IMG/VR virus record: IMGVR_UViG_3300011339_000926
Span: 1 to 29,468 of that record
DNA: 29,468 nt
Direction: 5' to 3' (one strand)
DNA from: a virus
Lineage: Duplodnaviria; Caudoviricetes
The notes below the pieces were generated by a model, which was not told the DNA's origin, did no database searches, and saw nothing but the letters and a program-made list of their open reading frames with translations. The position numbers were made by a program, and so were the translations under genes. Below are positions 17,093-25,927 of this stretch, piece after piece (position 1 is the stretch's first letter; each line of letters begins with the position of its first letter).

Positions 17093-19483
17093 TTAGTAGT
17101 AGTAAGTAACGATTACAACGTCACCTTCAGCGATTGCTTCTTCGCCCAATTGAGCAAAAGAACCGATCCAAGTAAGACGAGTAACCCCACCAACAACAGA
17201 AACTGTATAATCAATATCTTTATGAGCAGCCAAGCGACTGACAAATACTATCAAAGAGTTAGCAACAACTTCTCTAGACATATCTACGTGAGTTAAGTTG
17301 CTAGTAATACTGAAAGTTTCTTTACCAAAAGCTTTAGCTTCAAGAACATCAAGTCTTGCATCAAGAGCATTCTCAGCAGCAGTAGCGCGAGAAATTTCAG
17401 AAGACAAGCTTGACTCAAGATTATTGATATCAGTTTCAGCTGTAGTCATACGACCTTCAAGCGAATTAACATCAGAATCAAGATTTAGAACTTGAGATTG
17501 TAAGCTAGAAATATCAGACTCTGTTTCGTCTACACGAAGCTCAAGAGCATCAATTTCACTTTGGAGAGATGCATCTGCAGCTATACGAGAAGATTGCTCA
17601 GAATCTATATTGCCTTGAAGTACTGAATCTGCAGCTGTACGATCTGAAACTTCCTGAGAAATTTGAGACTGTAGGCTAGATTCAACTCCCATAGCACGAG
17701 ACATTTCAGAGTCAACATCAGCTTGACGGTCAAGAACTTCCTGACTAATCTGAGATTGTAAAGAAGACTCTACACCCATAGCGCGAGACATCTCTGAGTC
17801 GATATTAGACTGGAGAGAACCTTCAACGCCCATAGCACGAGACATTTCAGAGTCGATGTTAGACTGAAGCGTTTGGTCAGCAGCTATACGAGCAGATTGC
17901 TCTACAGCAATAGCAGAGTTAGCACCTGTTCCAAGAGCAGAAATTGCGTCTTGTAAATCAGAATCAACAGATTGGAAAGCAGAAACGATTTCTGTTAAAG
18001 AATCAAGAGCTGCTGGATCGATATTGCTAAGTACGCTGTTGATTTGTGACTGAAGGTCAGAAACTTCAGAGTCAACGTAAGTCTTAGTAACAGGGTCAGA
18101 CTCAAGAACATCTAAACGTCCGTCAAGAGCTAAATCTCCAGCGATACGATCAGAAACTTCCTGAGAAAGTTGTGATTGTAAAGAACCTTCAACTCCCATA
18201 GCACGAGACATTTCTGTATTGATGCTGCTTTGAAGAGAAGAATCAGCAGACATTCTATCCGATACTTCCTGATCTAAGTCAGAGCGAATTTCCTGAGCAT
18301 AACCATCTAAGTCATTAATGTTAGACTGGAGAGACTGATCTCCAGAAATACGAGAAGATTGCTCTGCGCTAATTGAACTTTGAAGAGACGAATCCCCTGC
18401 AATTCTGTCAGAAACCTCTTGAGAGATTTGAGATTGAAGAGAACCTTCAACTCCCATAGCACGAGACATTTCTGTACTAACGCTACCTTGAAGAACTAAG
18501 TCTGCTGCAACACGATCAGAAACTTCTTGAGAAATCTGAGATTGTAAAGAAGACTCTACACCCATAGCGCGAGACATTTCTGAATCAAGATCAGAAACAA
18601 CATCATTAACTTGAGATTGTAAAGAACTTTCTACACCCATAGCTCTTGACATTTCAGAATCAAGGTTGCTTTGGAGAGAAGAATCAGCAGACATTCTGTC
18701 AGAAGATTCTTGGTTGATTTGAGATTGCAATGAACCTTCAACGCCCATAGCTCTTGACATTTCTGAATCAATGTTGTCTTGTAATACTTCATCAGCAGCA
18801 ACGCGCTCAGACTCTTCAGAATCAATATTTGATTGAAGTGTTTGATCTGCAGCAATACGAGCAGACTGCTCAGCAGCAATTGCAGAGCTTGCGCTTGTAC
18901 TAAGAGCTGAAAGAGCATCTTGAAGATCAGAATCAGCATTTTGGAATGCGCCAACGATTTCAGTAAGAGAATCTAAAGCTACTGGATCAATGTTACTGAT
19001 AAGGTTATTAATTTGATTTTGAAGATTTTGATCTCCAGCAATTCTAGCTGATTCCTCAGAAGATACTGCTGACATTCTATCAGAAACCTCTTGATCTAAA
19101 TCAGAACGAATTTCTTGTGCATAACCGTCTAAATCATCAATGCTTAGTTGAAGTTGTCCATCTCCTGCAATTCTAGCTGATTGCTCAGTAGAAAGTGAAG
19201 ATTGAAGACTTTGTTCTGCAGCAGTAGCGCGAGAAACTTCAGAATCAAGGCTAGATTGTAAACCTTGATCTCCAGCTTGACGAGCAGAAGATTCTGCATC
19301 TAACTGACCTTTAAAAGCAATTTCTTCTCCAGAAGATACAAGTTTTCCTTGCGCGTTAATTTTTAGAAGTTCTACTTCTTGACCAGAAACTTCTGTACGA
19401 AGTGATTGTCCTTCTAGAAGTTTAATCTTCGATCCATCAACAGCATCGTCTTTAATAAACTTCTTTTTAATTTGTTGAGCCAT
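17093..19483 (-). CDS. Long repetitive coiled-coil fibre protein (796 aa)
   Basis: ~18-residue repeats, 8 copies of EMSRAMGVE, 2 of LDGYAQEIRSDLDQEVSDRMSA, 2 of SNIDP.ALDSLTEIV.AFQ, and a small beta-rich C-terminal domain. Confidence 0.8.
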   Translation of the reverse strand: MAQQIKKKFIKDDAVDGSKIKLLEGQSLRTEVSGQEVELLKINAQGKLVSSGEEIAFKGQLDAESSARQAGDQGLQSSLDSEVSRATAAEQSLQSSLSTEQSARIAGDGQLQLSIDDLDGYAQEIRSDLDQEVSDRMSAVSSEESARIAGDQNLQNQINNLISNIDPVALDSLTEIVGAFQNADSDLQDALSALSTSASSAIAAEQSARIAADQTLQSNIDSEESERVAADEVLQDNIDSEMSRAMGVEGSLQSQINQESSDRMSADSSLQSNLDSEMSRAMGVESSLQSQVNDVVSDLDSEMSRAMGVESSLQSQISQEVSDRVAADLVLQGSVSTEMSRAMGVEGSLQSQISQEVSDRIAGDSSLQSSISAEQSSRISGDQSLQSNINDLDGYAQEIRSDLDQEVSDRMSADSSLQSSINTEMSRAMGVEGSLQSQLSQEVSDRIAGDLALDGRLDVLESDPVTKTYVDSEVSDLQSQINSVLSNIDPAALDSLTEIVSAFQSVDSDLQDAISALGTGANSAIAVEQSARIAADQTLQSNIDSEMSRAMGVEGSLQSNIDSEMSRAMGVESSLQSQISQEVLDRQADVDSEMSRAMGVESSLQSQISQEVSDRTAADSVLQGNIDSEQSSRIAADASLQSEIDALELRVDETESDISSLQSQVLNLDSDVNSLEGRMTTAETDINNLESSLSSEISRATAAENALDARLDVLEAKAFGKETFSITSNLTHVDMSREVVANSLIVFVSRLAAHKDIDYTVSVVGGVTRLTWIGSFAQLGEEAIAEGDVVIVTYYY
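17660..18770 (-). repeat. Intragenic degenerate repeats encoding EMSRAMGVE(S/G)SLQS
   Basis: Eight plus-strand copies of cccatagc.c..gacat. Boundaries are approximate. Confidence 0.8.
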
Positions 19484-19495
19484 ATTATTACCCCC

Positions 19496-19888
19496 TTAGT
19501 AATAGAAATATATGACATTAATAATATCATCAACTTCTAAAAAACCATCTAAACCCAATCCATTCCAATGTACGTCTTTACCTATTATAGTAAAATCAAC
19601 ATCATAGATTTGCTCAATTCCTCCTTGAGGTATCAAAATTATATTTTCTACATTTTGAGGATTGTGAATTAAAGTTACTTTTTTATCATTGATGTTTCCC
19701 TGAGTAAGGGAAATTGTTTCTTTTTTTAATTTCAACTGAATATCTTTTCCGATTTCAAAACCACCGAGAGTTAGACCATCTCCTCCATAAAAAGTTGATG
19801 TGTCTATATCGAAAACGATTTCCGCTGGACTCAAAATAATCTGAGTTCTCTCTGTAGTTGTTATTTTTGGTAAGCGGAATATTGCCAT
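19496..19888 (-). CDS. Fibre-associated protein with Mtd_N/hyaluronidase-like N-terminal motif
   Basis: AEIVFDIDT.TFYGGDG.T.GG matches the GE...D.DT.....GDG motif. The C-terminal half resembles the C-terminal domain of 17093-19483. Confidence 0.6.
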   Translation of the reverse strand: MAIFRLPKITTTERTQIILSPAEIVFDIDTSTFYGGDGLTLGGFEIGKDIQLKLKKETISLTQGNINDKKVTLIHNPQNVENIILIPQGGIEQIYDVDFTIIGKDVHWNGLGLDGFLEVDDIINVIYFYY

Positions 19889-19895
19889 TTTTTAA

Positions 19896-20072
19896 TTAAA
19901 CTCTATTTTGAAAATCTATTACAGAAACAGTGTCTTCCGACCTAGTTCCTGCATCTAATGTAATATCGTCATGTACTCTAACATCAAAATCAACAAATCC
20001 AGTAGTTGCGCTAGATGGCGGTTGATAATCAACGATTTTTAATTGACCAGTTAAAAAATCAAAGATAATCAT
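19896..20072 (-). CDS. 58-aa protein (not in ORF track)
   Basis: MIIFDFLTGQLKIVDYQPPSSATTGFVDFDVRVHDDITLDAGTRSEDTVSVIDFQNRV. ATGA overlap with the upstream stop; it fills the gap between neighbours. Confidence 0.7.
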   Translation of the reverse strand: MIIFDFLTGQLKIVDYQPPSSATTGFVDFDVRVHDDITLDAGTRSEDTVSVIDFQNRV

Positions 20073-20545
20073 AATAATTCCACAGCTATTACATCAAGTT
20101 TGGCAGCATCAACATATGTAACTTTAACTGTTTTTAACACGATACCATTAGCCCCATTTTTTTTATAATAGATAATATCTATAGTAGGCTGATCCTTATT
20201 AACTATCATACTATCACAATCTTTGGGAGGAGCAAACGGACTAGGTATATTATTAATACCTTGATTAATGTTACCTAAAAATACATTTGTAACATCTTGT
20301 TTTGTTTCTGTAGCTGACCCTTGACTAGAAACATTTACAGAACCATCTGAATTTATTTTTAATTTATTTCCTGTAGTTTGATCGGCAATAGAAACACTAT
20401 CATCGGAGGCATCTAAGCTTATATCTATATCAGCATCTACAACAGTGGCTGCGGTATCTACTCGGAGTCTTTGGCTATCATCATCAAACGCATTCTGGAG
20501 TACTTGGTTTGCATCTAACCTCGATGGAGTGTGTTGATTAGCCAT
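20069..20545 (-). CDS. Putative virion structural protein, first gene of the fibre block
   Basis: SD GGAG; LKINSDGSVNV and ATETKQD motifs of the type seen in phage structural proteins. Confidence 0.55.
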   Translation of the reverse strand: MANQHTPSRLDANQVLQNAFDDDSQRLRVDTAATVVDADIDISLDASDDSVSIADQTTGNKLKINSDGSVNVSSQGSATETKQDVTNVFLGNINQGINNIPSPFAPPKDCDSMIVNKDQPTIDIIYYKKNGANGIVLKTVKVTYVDAAKLDVIAVELL

Positions 20546-20620
20546 AAATATATCTCCAATATTGTTTTTTTACGTATTTTCATATAGTTATAAATTGTAA
20601 ACTTAATTACAATCATATAA

Positions 20621-20629
20621 AGTTGTTAA
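20621..20629 (-). promoter_or_regulatory. TTAACAACT motif (putative late promoter of the fibre block)
   Basis: Exact intergenic copy. Confidence 0.6.
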
Positions 20630-20667
20630 TATTATATCTTGTTTATTTTATTGGAAATTTATTAGAA

Positions 20668-20802
20668 TTATTTCTTTTTTTTATGCTTAAAATACTCAAC
20701 TTGACGTAATCGCTCCTTAGCTTTTTCTAAAGATGTGGCAGATCCAAGATTTTTACCCTTTTTTGATAAAATTTTATATATTTTTCCGAATTTTTTAATC
20801 AT
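20668..20802 (-). CDS. 44-aa highly basic protein (not in ORF track)
   Basis: MIKKFGKIYKILSKKGKNLGSATSLEKAKERLRQVEYFKHKKKK, starting 2 nt after the transglycosylase stop. GKNLG...RLRQVEYFKH is a pattern I recall from small phage proteins. Confidence 0.7.
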   Translation of the reverse strand: MIKKFGKIYKILSKKGKNLGSATSLEKAKERLRQVEYFKHKKKK

Positions 20803-20804
20803 AT

Positions 20805-21434
20805 TTACTCTTCTTTAAACAAATCTAGTAAACTTGGAGTAATTTCAATACTTTCTTCCCCAGCTTCCAGCTTTTTTCTAATATTTTCTTTGGCTTGACC
20901 AACTGTTTTCACTTTATATAAGCCGGGGTTTGAATTAATCACCTGTTTAGGTATAACTTTTGTAATTAAATCATCATCAGAGGCTTGTAAAAACTTTCTA
21001 GCACGAGTTGGACCTAAATTATGCATAGCATAAGCATCTTCTGTATTAGTCATCTTATTTCTTTCTAGATATTTCTTCATTAATTCAGCTTGAGTATTAG
21101 GATCTGTCAAGCTTTTTGAACTACCCGGAATCAAATACTCTGCAGTTTGTGGTTGAAATTGAAAAATTCCCCTAGCAGATCCGCCCTGTAATGGTTTTGA
21201 ATATTTACCATGCTGTGATTCTACTCCACCAATCTGAGCAATATCACTTGGTTCAAAATGTTCGAATTTTCCAGCAACATCTCTGTAAACATCTTCTGGA
21301 GTTTTTTCAACATAAGAAGCTTTTCTGTCAGTCATCATTTTTTTTAATTTTTGTAATTTATCCATTTCCAAATTTCCCGCGTAAGAGGCTACTGAGGTTA
21401 ATAAACTTGCGAGGAGGATTAAGACTTTCATCAT
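20805..21434 (-). CDS. Lytic transglycosylase (SLT family); alternative start at 21365
   Basis: Catalytic motifs GGVESQ, ARGIFQF and AMHNLGP. Confidence 0.8.
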   Translation of the reverse strand: MMKVLILLASLLTSVASYAGNLEMDKLQKLKKMMTDRKASYVEKTPEDVYRDVAGKFEHFEPSDIAQIGGVESQHGKYSKPLQGGSARGIFQFQPQTAEYLIPGSSKSLTDPNTQAELMKKYLERNKMTNTEDAYAMHNLGPTRARKFLQASDDDLITKVIPKQVINSNPGLYKVKTVGQAKENIRKKLEAGEESIEITPSLLDLFKEE

Positions 21435-21624
21435 CTTCTCCCTTTTTCTTTAAATAATTAAATCCTATTAAATTAGATGGTCCATTATAACTTCCAATAT
21501 TTGTAGGATCAGGATTTAATTCTTGAGTTTGTTGAATAGATTCTAAATTATTAGAAGAAGGTAAAACAATTTCTTGTTCAGGTTCAGAATTAGTTTTTAA
21601 TAATCCTAATAATTTAGCCCACAT
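21358..21624 (-). CDS. Hypothetical protein
   Basis: TAATG coupling to the portal stop; 88 aa, low complexity. Confidence 0.55.
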   Translation of the reverse strand: MWAKLLGLLKTNSEPEQEIVLPSSNNLESIQQTQELNPDPTNIGSYNGPSNLIGFNYLKKKGEDDESLNPPRKFINLSSLLRGKFGNG

Positions 21625-23672
21625 TATTTAGCTCTCGGCTCCAAACTTGGATTAGGTAATAACTCCGCAGGTACTTCAGGCTGATTTGGTAATTGATTAG
21701 CAGCAGAAGCTTGAGGACCCATCACACTAGCATCCATTGGAGCAATATTCGGAGCTTGACCTTCAGGCATTCCAGCTTGCATTTGTGCTTGCATTGGACC
21801 CGGAGGTAATTCTCCACCAGCTGCAGGAGGAGTCATTGGTTGTAATGGCTGCTCGCCAATAATCTGAAGAAGATCAGGGCGAACTTGACTTAACATATCA
21901 ATATGTTCTTGAATATGATCATGTACTTTTCTAGATAATTCTGGATCACGACGAAGTTCTGGATCACTAATTACTGATCTATGTTCTTTAATATGTAAAG
22001 CATGTAAATCAAGTGGATCGGCATATACATCCTTTCCTTCCATAAGCCATTCATTTTCTGATTGAATAAGCATAAGGTCAGACATAGTACCTTCTGTCAT
22101 TGTATCCAATGAACCAGTTTCAAGTACCATAAAATATTCTCTAGGATCTTTAATTAATCCTTGTTGCATTAAATTATTTGCAATTTCTAGTTTACCTGCT
22201 GTAGTTCTAGAAAGAGGATTACCGACATCCACAACTACTCTTTTAATATCACCAATCATATCTCCAGTAAATTCTTTAAGAAGAGGTTTCTTATTTTTAC
22301 CAACAAGAGTGATTAATTTTGGAGTTGTAGCATAATCTTTTAGAATATCTAGGAGAGTTGTTCCAATCTTTTCTAAGAATTTAACATAATTTCTTTGAAA
22401 AGGAGATTGGAATTGAAGTGACATTGATTGAACAAGAGCAAGTGCGTTGCCAGAACGAAGCGAAGCCTCTGGAGCACCCTTAGTTACAGAACTGACTCCA
22501 ACTTGCTGATCCATAGCTGACGCTAATAAATTAAGAAAATTAAATGTTTCAGGAGCAGTTGCTGTTAATTGCAATGCTTCTGGTTTAGCATTACCTTCTA
22601 CGATATTTAATCCTCCTTCTAACTGAGAAAGATTAATATCTGCACCACGAGGAACCCATAGATTTTGAACATTAAACGCATTTTGATTTGTCATAACTGC
22701 CGAATACAATGAATTTAATGCTTCCTGCATAGGAAACACATCATACATATCAGTATAACCGTAAGGAGTTCCCATAATCGCATTTGGACATAACCTAAAT
22801 ACAGGGATAGATCTATAAGGCATTGGAAGATCTAGCAAAACAATATCAGAAGATAAGAATAACAAGTATCTACCATTTGGCATAGCCTCGGTTTTCTTAT
22901 GAAAAAATTCGTATACAGATATGTCGTCAGTATCATCATTGGAGAATAAAGATAATCGATGATTGTTCCAGCCATTTTTTGTTTCCATCCTCATTATTTG
23001 TTCGGCTTTTTCTGGATATTTTGCAAGTAAATTATAACGGTTTACAAACGAACGAGTCATAACCCATTCTTGTGAATGCCAATTTTCTTTTGTTCCATCT
23101 ACTACAACATCAAGAGGAGATAATAAACTAAACTCTAATTCACCTTCATACGTTGGTTCATTAGTATCCGGGTCGACATCGTGCATTTCTCCAGACATCG
23201 CGTTCCATTCCATTTTGATATATGCACTTCCTAGCACTACAGCCATCTCTGCTGCATCGGAAACAATCTCTTCTAGACCTTTTTCTCTCATATAATAATC
23301 AAGAATACCATTAGCTAGATAAGTCTGAGATAATGATTTATAATCAGAGTTAATAGCTCGGGCTTCTAAAGTCGGACGATTAGCCGTAATCATACTGTGG
23401 ATATGTCTAGCTAAGTTACGAAAAAGATTTACAGGAAGACGAACTAATTCACCTTGTTCTCCGGTAAAAGAAATTTCATGAGAATTAATACGGCTATCAA
23501 AGTTACCATAATAATATCTAAACATATCTTGAAGTTTAAATAAATATTGGTTACTTTCTAGAATATTAAAAAATGTCCTGCCTTTGTGTAATAAAGCAGT
23601 CGCTGTTTTTTCTGGTTCTCTAGCGGCAAAATATCTATTATCATCTGAATTTGAAAAATCATCAGCAGCCAT
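21624..23672 (-). CDS. Portal protein
   Basis: 682 aa, two genes after terL. Portal-like features include RYYYG, LG.AYIK..W, GVSSVTKG...RSGNAL and a Q/P-rich disordered C-terminal tail. Confidence 0.8.
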   Translation of the reverse strand: MAADDFSNSDDNRYFAAREPEKTATALLHKGRTFFNILESNQYLFKLQDMFRYYYGNFDSRINSHEISFTGEQGELVRLPVNLFRNLARHIHSMITANRPTLEARAINSDYKSLSQTYLANGILDYYMREKGLEEIVSDAAEMAVVLGSAYIKMEWNAMSGEMHDVDPDTNEPTYEGELEFSLLSPLDVVVDGTKENWHSQEWVMTRSFVNRYNLLAKYPEKAEQIMRMETKNGWNNHRLSLFSNDDTDDISVYEFFHKKTEAMPNGRYLLFLSSDIVLLDLPMPYRSIPVFRLCPNAIMGTPYGYTDMYDVFPMQEALNSLYSAVMTNQNAFNVQNLWVPRGADINLSQLEGGLNIVEGNAKPEALQLTATAPETFNFLNLLASAMDQQVGVSSVTKGAPEASLRSGNALALVQSMSLQFQSPFQRNYVKFLEKIGTTLLDILKDYATTPKLITLVGKNKKPLLKEFTGDMIGDIKRVVVDVGNPLSRTTAGKLEIANNLMQQGLIKDPREYFMVLETGSLDTMTEGTMSDLMLIQSENEWLMEGKDVYADPLDLHALHIKEHRSVISDPELRRDPELSRKVHDHIQEHIDMLSQVRPDLLQIIGEQPLQPMTPPAAGGELPPGPMQAQMQAGMPEGQAPNIAPMDASVMGPQASAANQLPNQPEVPAELLPNPSLEPRAK

Positions 23673-23681
23673 TGTAAATCC

Positions 23682-24422
23682 TTAGAATTTATTTAAAATA
23701 CGTTCAAGTTGAGAAAGAGGAACAATATAATTATCTCTTTCTTGCTTATCACTTCCAGCAAATAAAACTCCAATAACATTACCATATTTGTTAACTACAG
23801 GAGATCCTGAATTTCCGGGATAAACTACAGCAGTAGAAGCGTAGGACAAAAAAGATCTAATACAAATAAATTCTCTTCCAAACATAAGTACTTCAAATGC
23901 ATTAAGATCATATACTTGACCACGACATGATTGTCTAGTTATAGCAGAAGAATCAATTAATCGCACAGTATCATATCCAATGTATTCACCTTGAGAAACA
24001 GTAAGTTGGCGGAGTCCCGGATGTCCTACCACATAATGAAAATCTCCTTTATTAGGATGAGATCCCAGATTTAATGGAGATAATCGTTTATCGCCTTCTA
24101 ATAAACATAAATCATGTCTATTATCTTTGTAGATAACTTTTTTAAAAGAAGGAGATAATCCTTCATCTTGTTTAATTACCATCCAGCCGCCAACAGCACC
24201 TTCACAGACATGTTTATTTGTAACAATAAAATGATTACCTGAAGCAGCTTTAATTGCAAACCCTGTCCCGCCTCCACCAGCCGGAGAGAGAACTTGAACT
24301 ACGGATGAACCAACATTATTTCTTAAATAAGAATTATGTAATTCAATATGTGAAATACCTATATAAATAGATAGAATAGCACATGCTATCCCAAGACTTA
24401 ATTTTTTTAGTTTTTTTAGCAT
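23682..24422 (-). CDS. Trypsin-like serine protease with N-terminal membrane anchor/signal
   Basis: GTGF, VTNKHVC (His), DLCLL (Asp), PGNSGSPV (Ser); N-terminal LSLGIACAILSIYIGI. Confidence 0.85.
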   Translation of the reverse strand: MLKKLKKLSLGIACAILSIYIGISHIELHNSYLRNNVGSSVVQVLSPAGGGGTGFAIKAASGNHFIVTNKHVCEGAVGGWMVIKQDEGLSPSFKKVIYKDNRHDLCLLEGDKRLSPLNLGSHPNKGDFHYVVGHPGLRQLTVSQGEYIGYDTVRLIDSSAITRQSCRGQVYDLNAFEVLMFGREFICIRSFLSYASTAVVYPGNSGSPVVNKYGNVIGVLFAGSDKQERDNYIVPLSQLERILNKF

Positions 24423-24451
24423 GTTATCCTCTCTGGTTTGTTTCTATATCT

Positions 24452-24460
24452 AGTTGTTAA
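24452..24460 (-). promoter_or_regulatory. TTAACAACT motif (putative late promoter of the protease/portal unit)
   Basis: Exact intergenic copy, followed by TATAGAAACA. Confidence 0.6.
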
Positions 24461-24463
24461 ATA

Positions 24464-25927
24464 CTATCGTCGTTTAGACTTAGCACCGAAAATTTGTTTA
24501 TATATTTCTTCAGGAGTTGGTTTTAAAAAACTTTGCCTATTATTTATATATAAATTAGCCGTATCATATCCATAAGTTGATGGATAAGGATTTTTATTAT
24601 AGTTAATAGATCTAACAAAATATAATAAAGCATCCACTCCATCGTAATGTCCCTCATCTTGAGATCGAGCAAAATCGTCTTTAGTTGATTTGTCTTTCCA
24701 TTTACAATGTTTTAAATGTCTTATTAATGTTTCACATTTAGGATTTATAATAATGTGTTTATTAGCCAACATTACACGAAGTTTATTAATATTAGCTAAC
24801 TTATCGTTTTTACTAGCAATAGCAAAATCAATCTTATGCATAGGATTATTTTTTTCAGAATAAATACTAATCTCTTGAATTACAAAAGGATTGATATCGG
24901 ATACCCGCATTTCAGGTCTAATAAATTCATTTGTCAAATCATTTGTCCATAATGAGGATTCTTTATCCTGAATTTCTTTTGTAAAGACGGGTAGATGAAT
25001 TTGTTTACCATTTCTTACTAGCTCGTCTTGAATGATTATTTTATCTTCTTTGAAATCATAATACCCAAATAGTACGACTGTCAAGTCTTTAAATCCAATA
25101 TCCATTGCAACGTATCGATGATAAAAAGGAGGCAGAGGATACTCCTTGACTATCTCAGTCAATAACTCGTCGTCAACCTCAGGCAATACTGAAAGTGTTT
25201 CGTCCTTAATGATTTCGCACATATACTCTCTACGAAACTGAGAGTTATTTCTACCGCCTTTAAATTTTGAAACAATATTATCTTTTTGTTCTCTGGTTAG
25301 TAAAGGATTGTCATCTAAAGTTTTTTTAGTTAGTAATTTATTAGATTCTGCTTCTTCAATAAATCCAACAAACTCATGATCCGGTTCAGCTGGTGGAGTT
25401 GATGCTAAGATGATTCTACCGCCCGTGTGGGTAGTTGTGGGAAATAAAACGGATTTTACGTTATAATCTAGTTTGTCACAAAACCCTGCCTCGTCTACTA
25501 GAATTAAATCCGATTTTTGACCTCGCAATCTTTCTGCAGAATTACCATCAGATCCAGCCATTTGAATTTGGCTGCCATTTTTAAATATATATACAAAACT
25601 AGATGCTATATATTCAGGCTTTAATTCTTCAGGACAATCATCAAATATTTCACGAAAAATAGGTTCAAATATAGTTCGAGCATGTAATTTTGTATCTGTT
25701 AATAGTTTAACGATTGTATTCGCTTTTGAAATACATTCAATAGTTGCAATTATTCCTAAACAATAAGATTTTCCTGTTTGTCTAGCTAACAACCAAACTA
25801 ACGTAGCTCCAGAGGGTGAATTCAAATATATATTATACATTTCTTTTTGAATTGCATGCATTTTATATTGAATCATACCTCTTCGCCATAGCTCATGACG
25901 AACGGCTTGCTTTGAAATAGAAGACAT
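24464..25927 (-). CDS. terL: Terminase large subunit
   Basis: Walker A ARQTGKS, Walker B LILVDEAG, motif C ASTP, FRREYMC, and nuclease motifs AMDIGFKD and HYDGVDAL. Confidence 0.93.
   Translation of the reverse strand: MSSISKQAVRHELWRRGMIQYKMHAIQKEMYNIYLNSPSGATLVWLLARQTGKSYCLGIIATIECISKANTIVKLLTDTKLHARTIFEPIFREIFDDCPEELKPEYIASSFVYIFKNGSQIQMAGSDGNSAERLRGQKSDLILVDEAGFCDKLDYNVKSVLFPTTTHTGGRIILASTPPAEPDHEFVGFIEEAESNKLLTKKTLDDNPLLTREQKDNIVSKFKGGRNNSQFRREYMCEIIKDETLSVLPEVDDELLTEIVKEYPLPPFYHRYVAMDIGFKDLTVVLFGYYDFKEDKIIIQDELVRNGKQIHLPVFTKEIQDKESSLWTNDLTNEFIRPEMRVSDINPFVIQEISIYSEKNNPMHKIDFAIASKNDKLANINKLRVMLANKHIIINPKCETLIRHLKHCKWKDKSTKDDFARSQDEGHYDGVDALLYFVRSINYNKNPYPSTYGYDTANLYINNRQSFLKPTPEEIYKQIFGAKSKRR

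Noticed and set aside
5949-18954. Nested minus-strand alternative-frame ORFs (5949-6212, 6372-6584, 9238-9423, 18631-18954)
   Set aside because: Leu-rich off-frame readings produced by codon bias of the host genes; no independent support.
19496-19888. Diversity-generating retroelement suggested by the Mtd_N-like motif
   Set aside because: No reverse transcriptase and no TR/VR pair with adenine-specific mismatches seen in the window.
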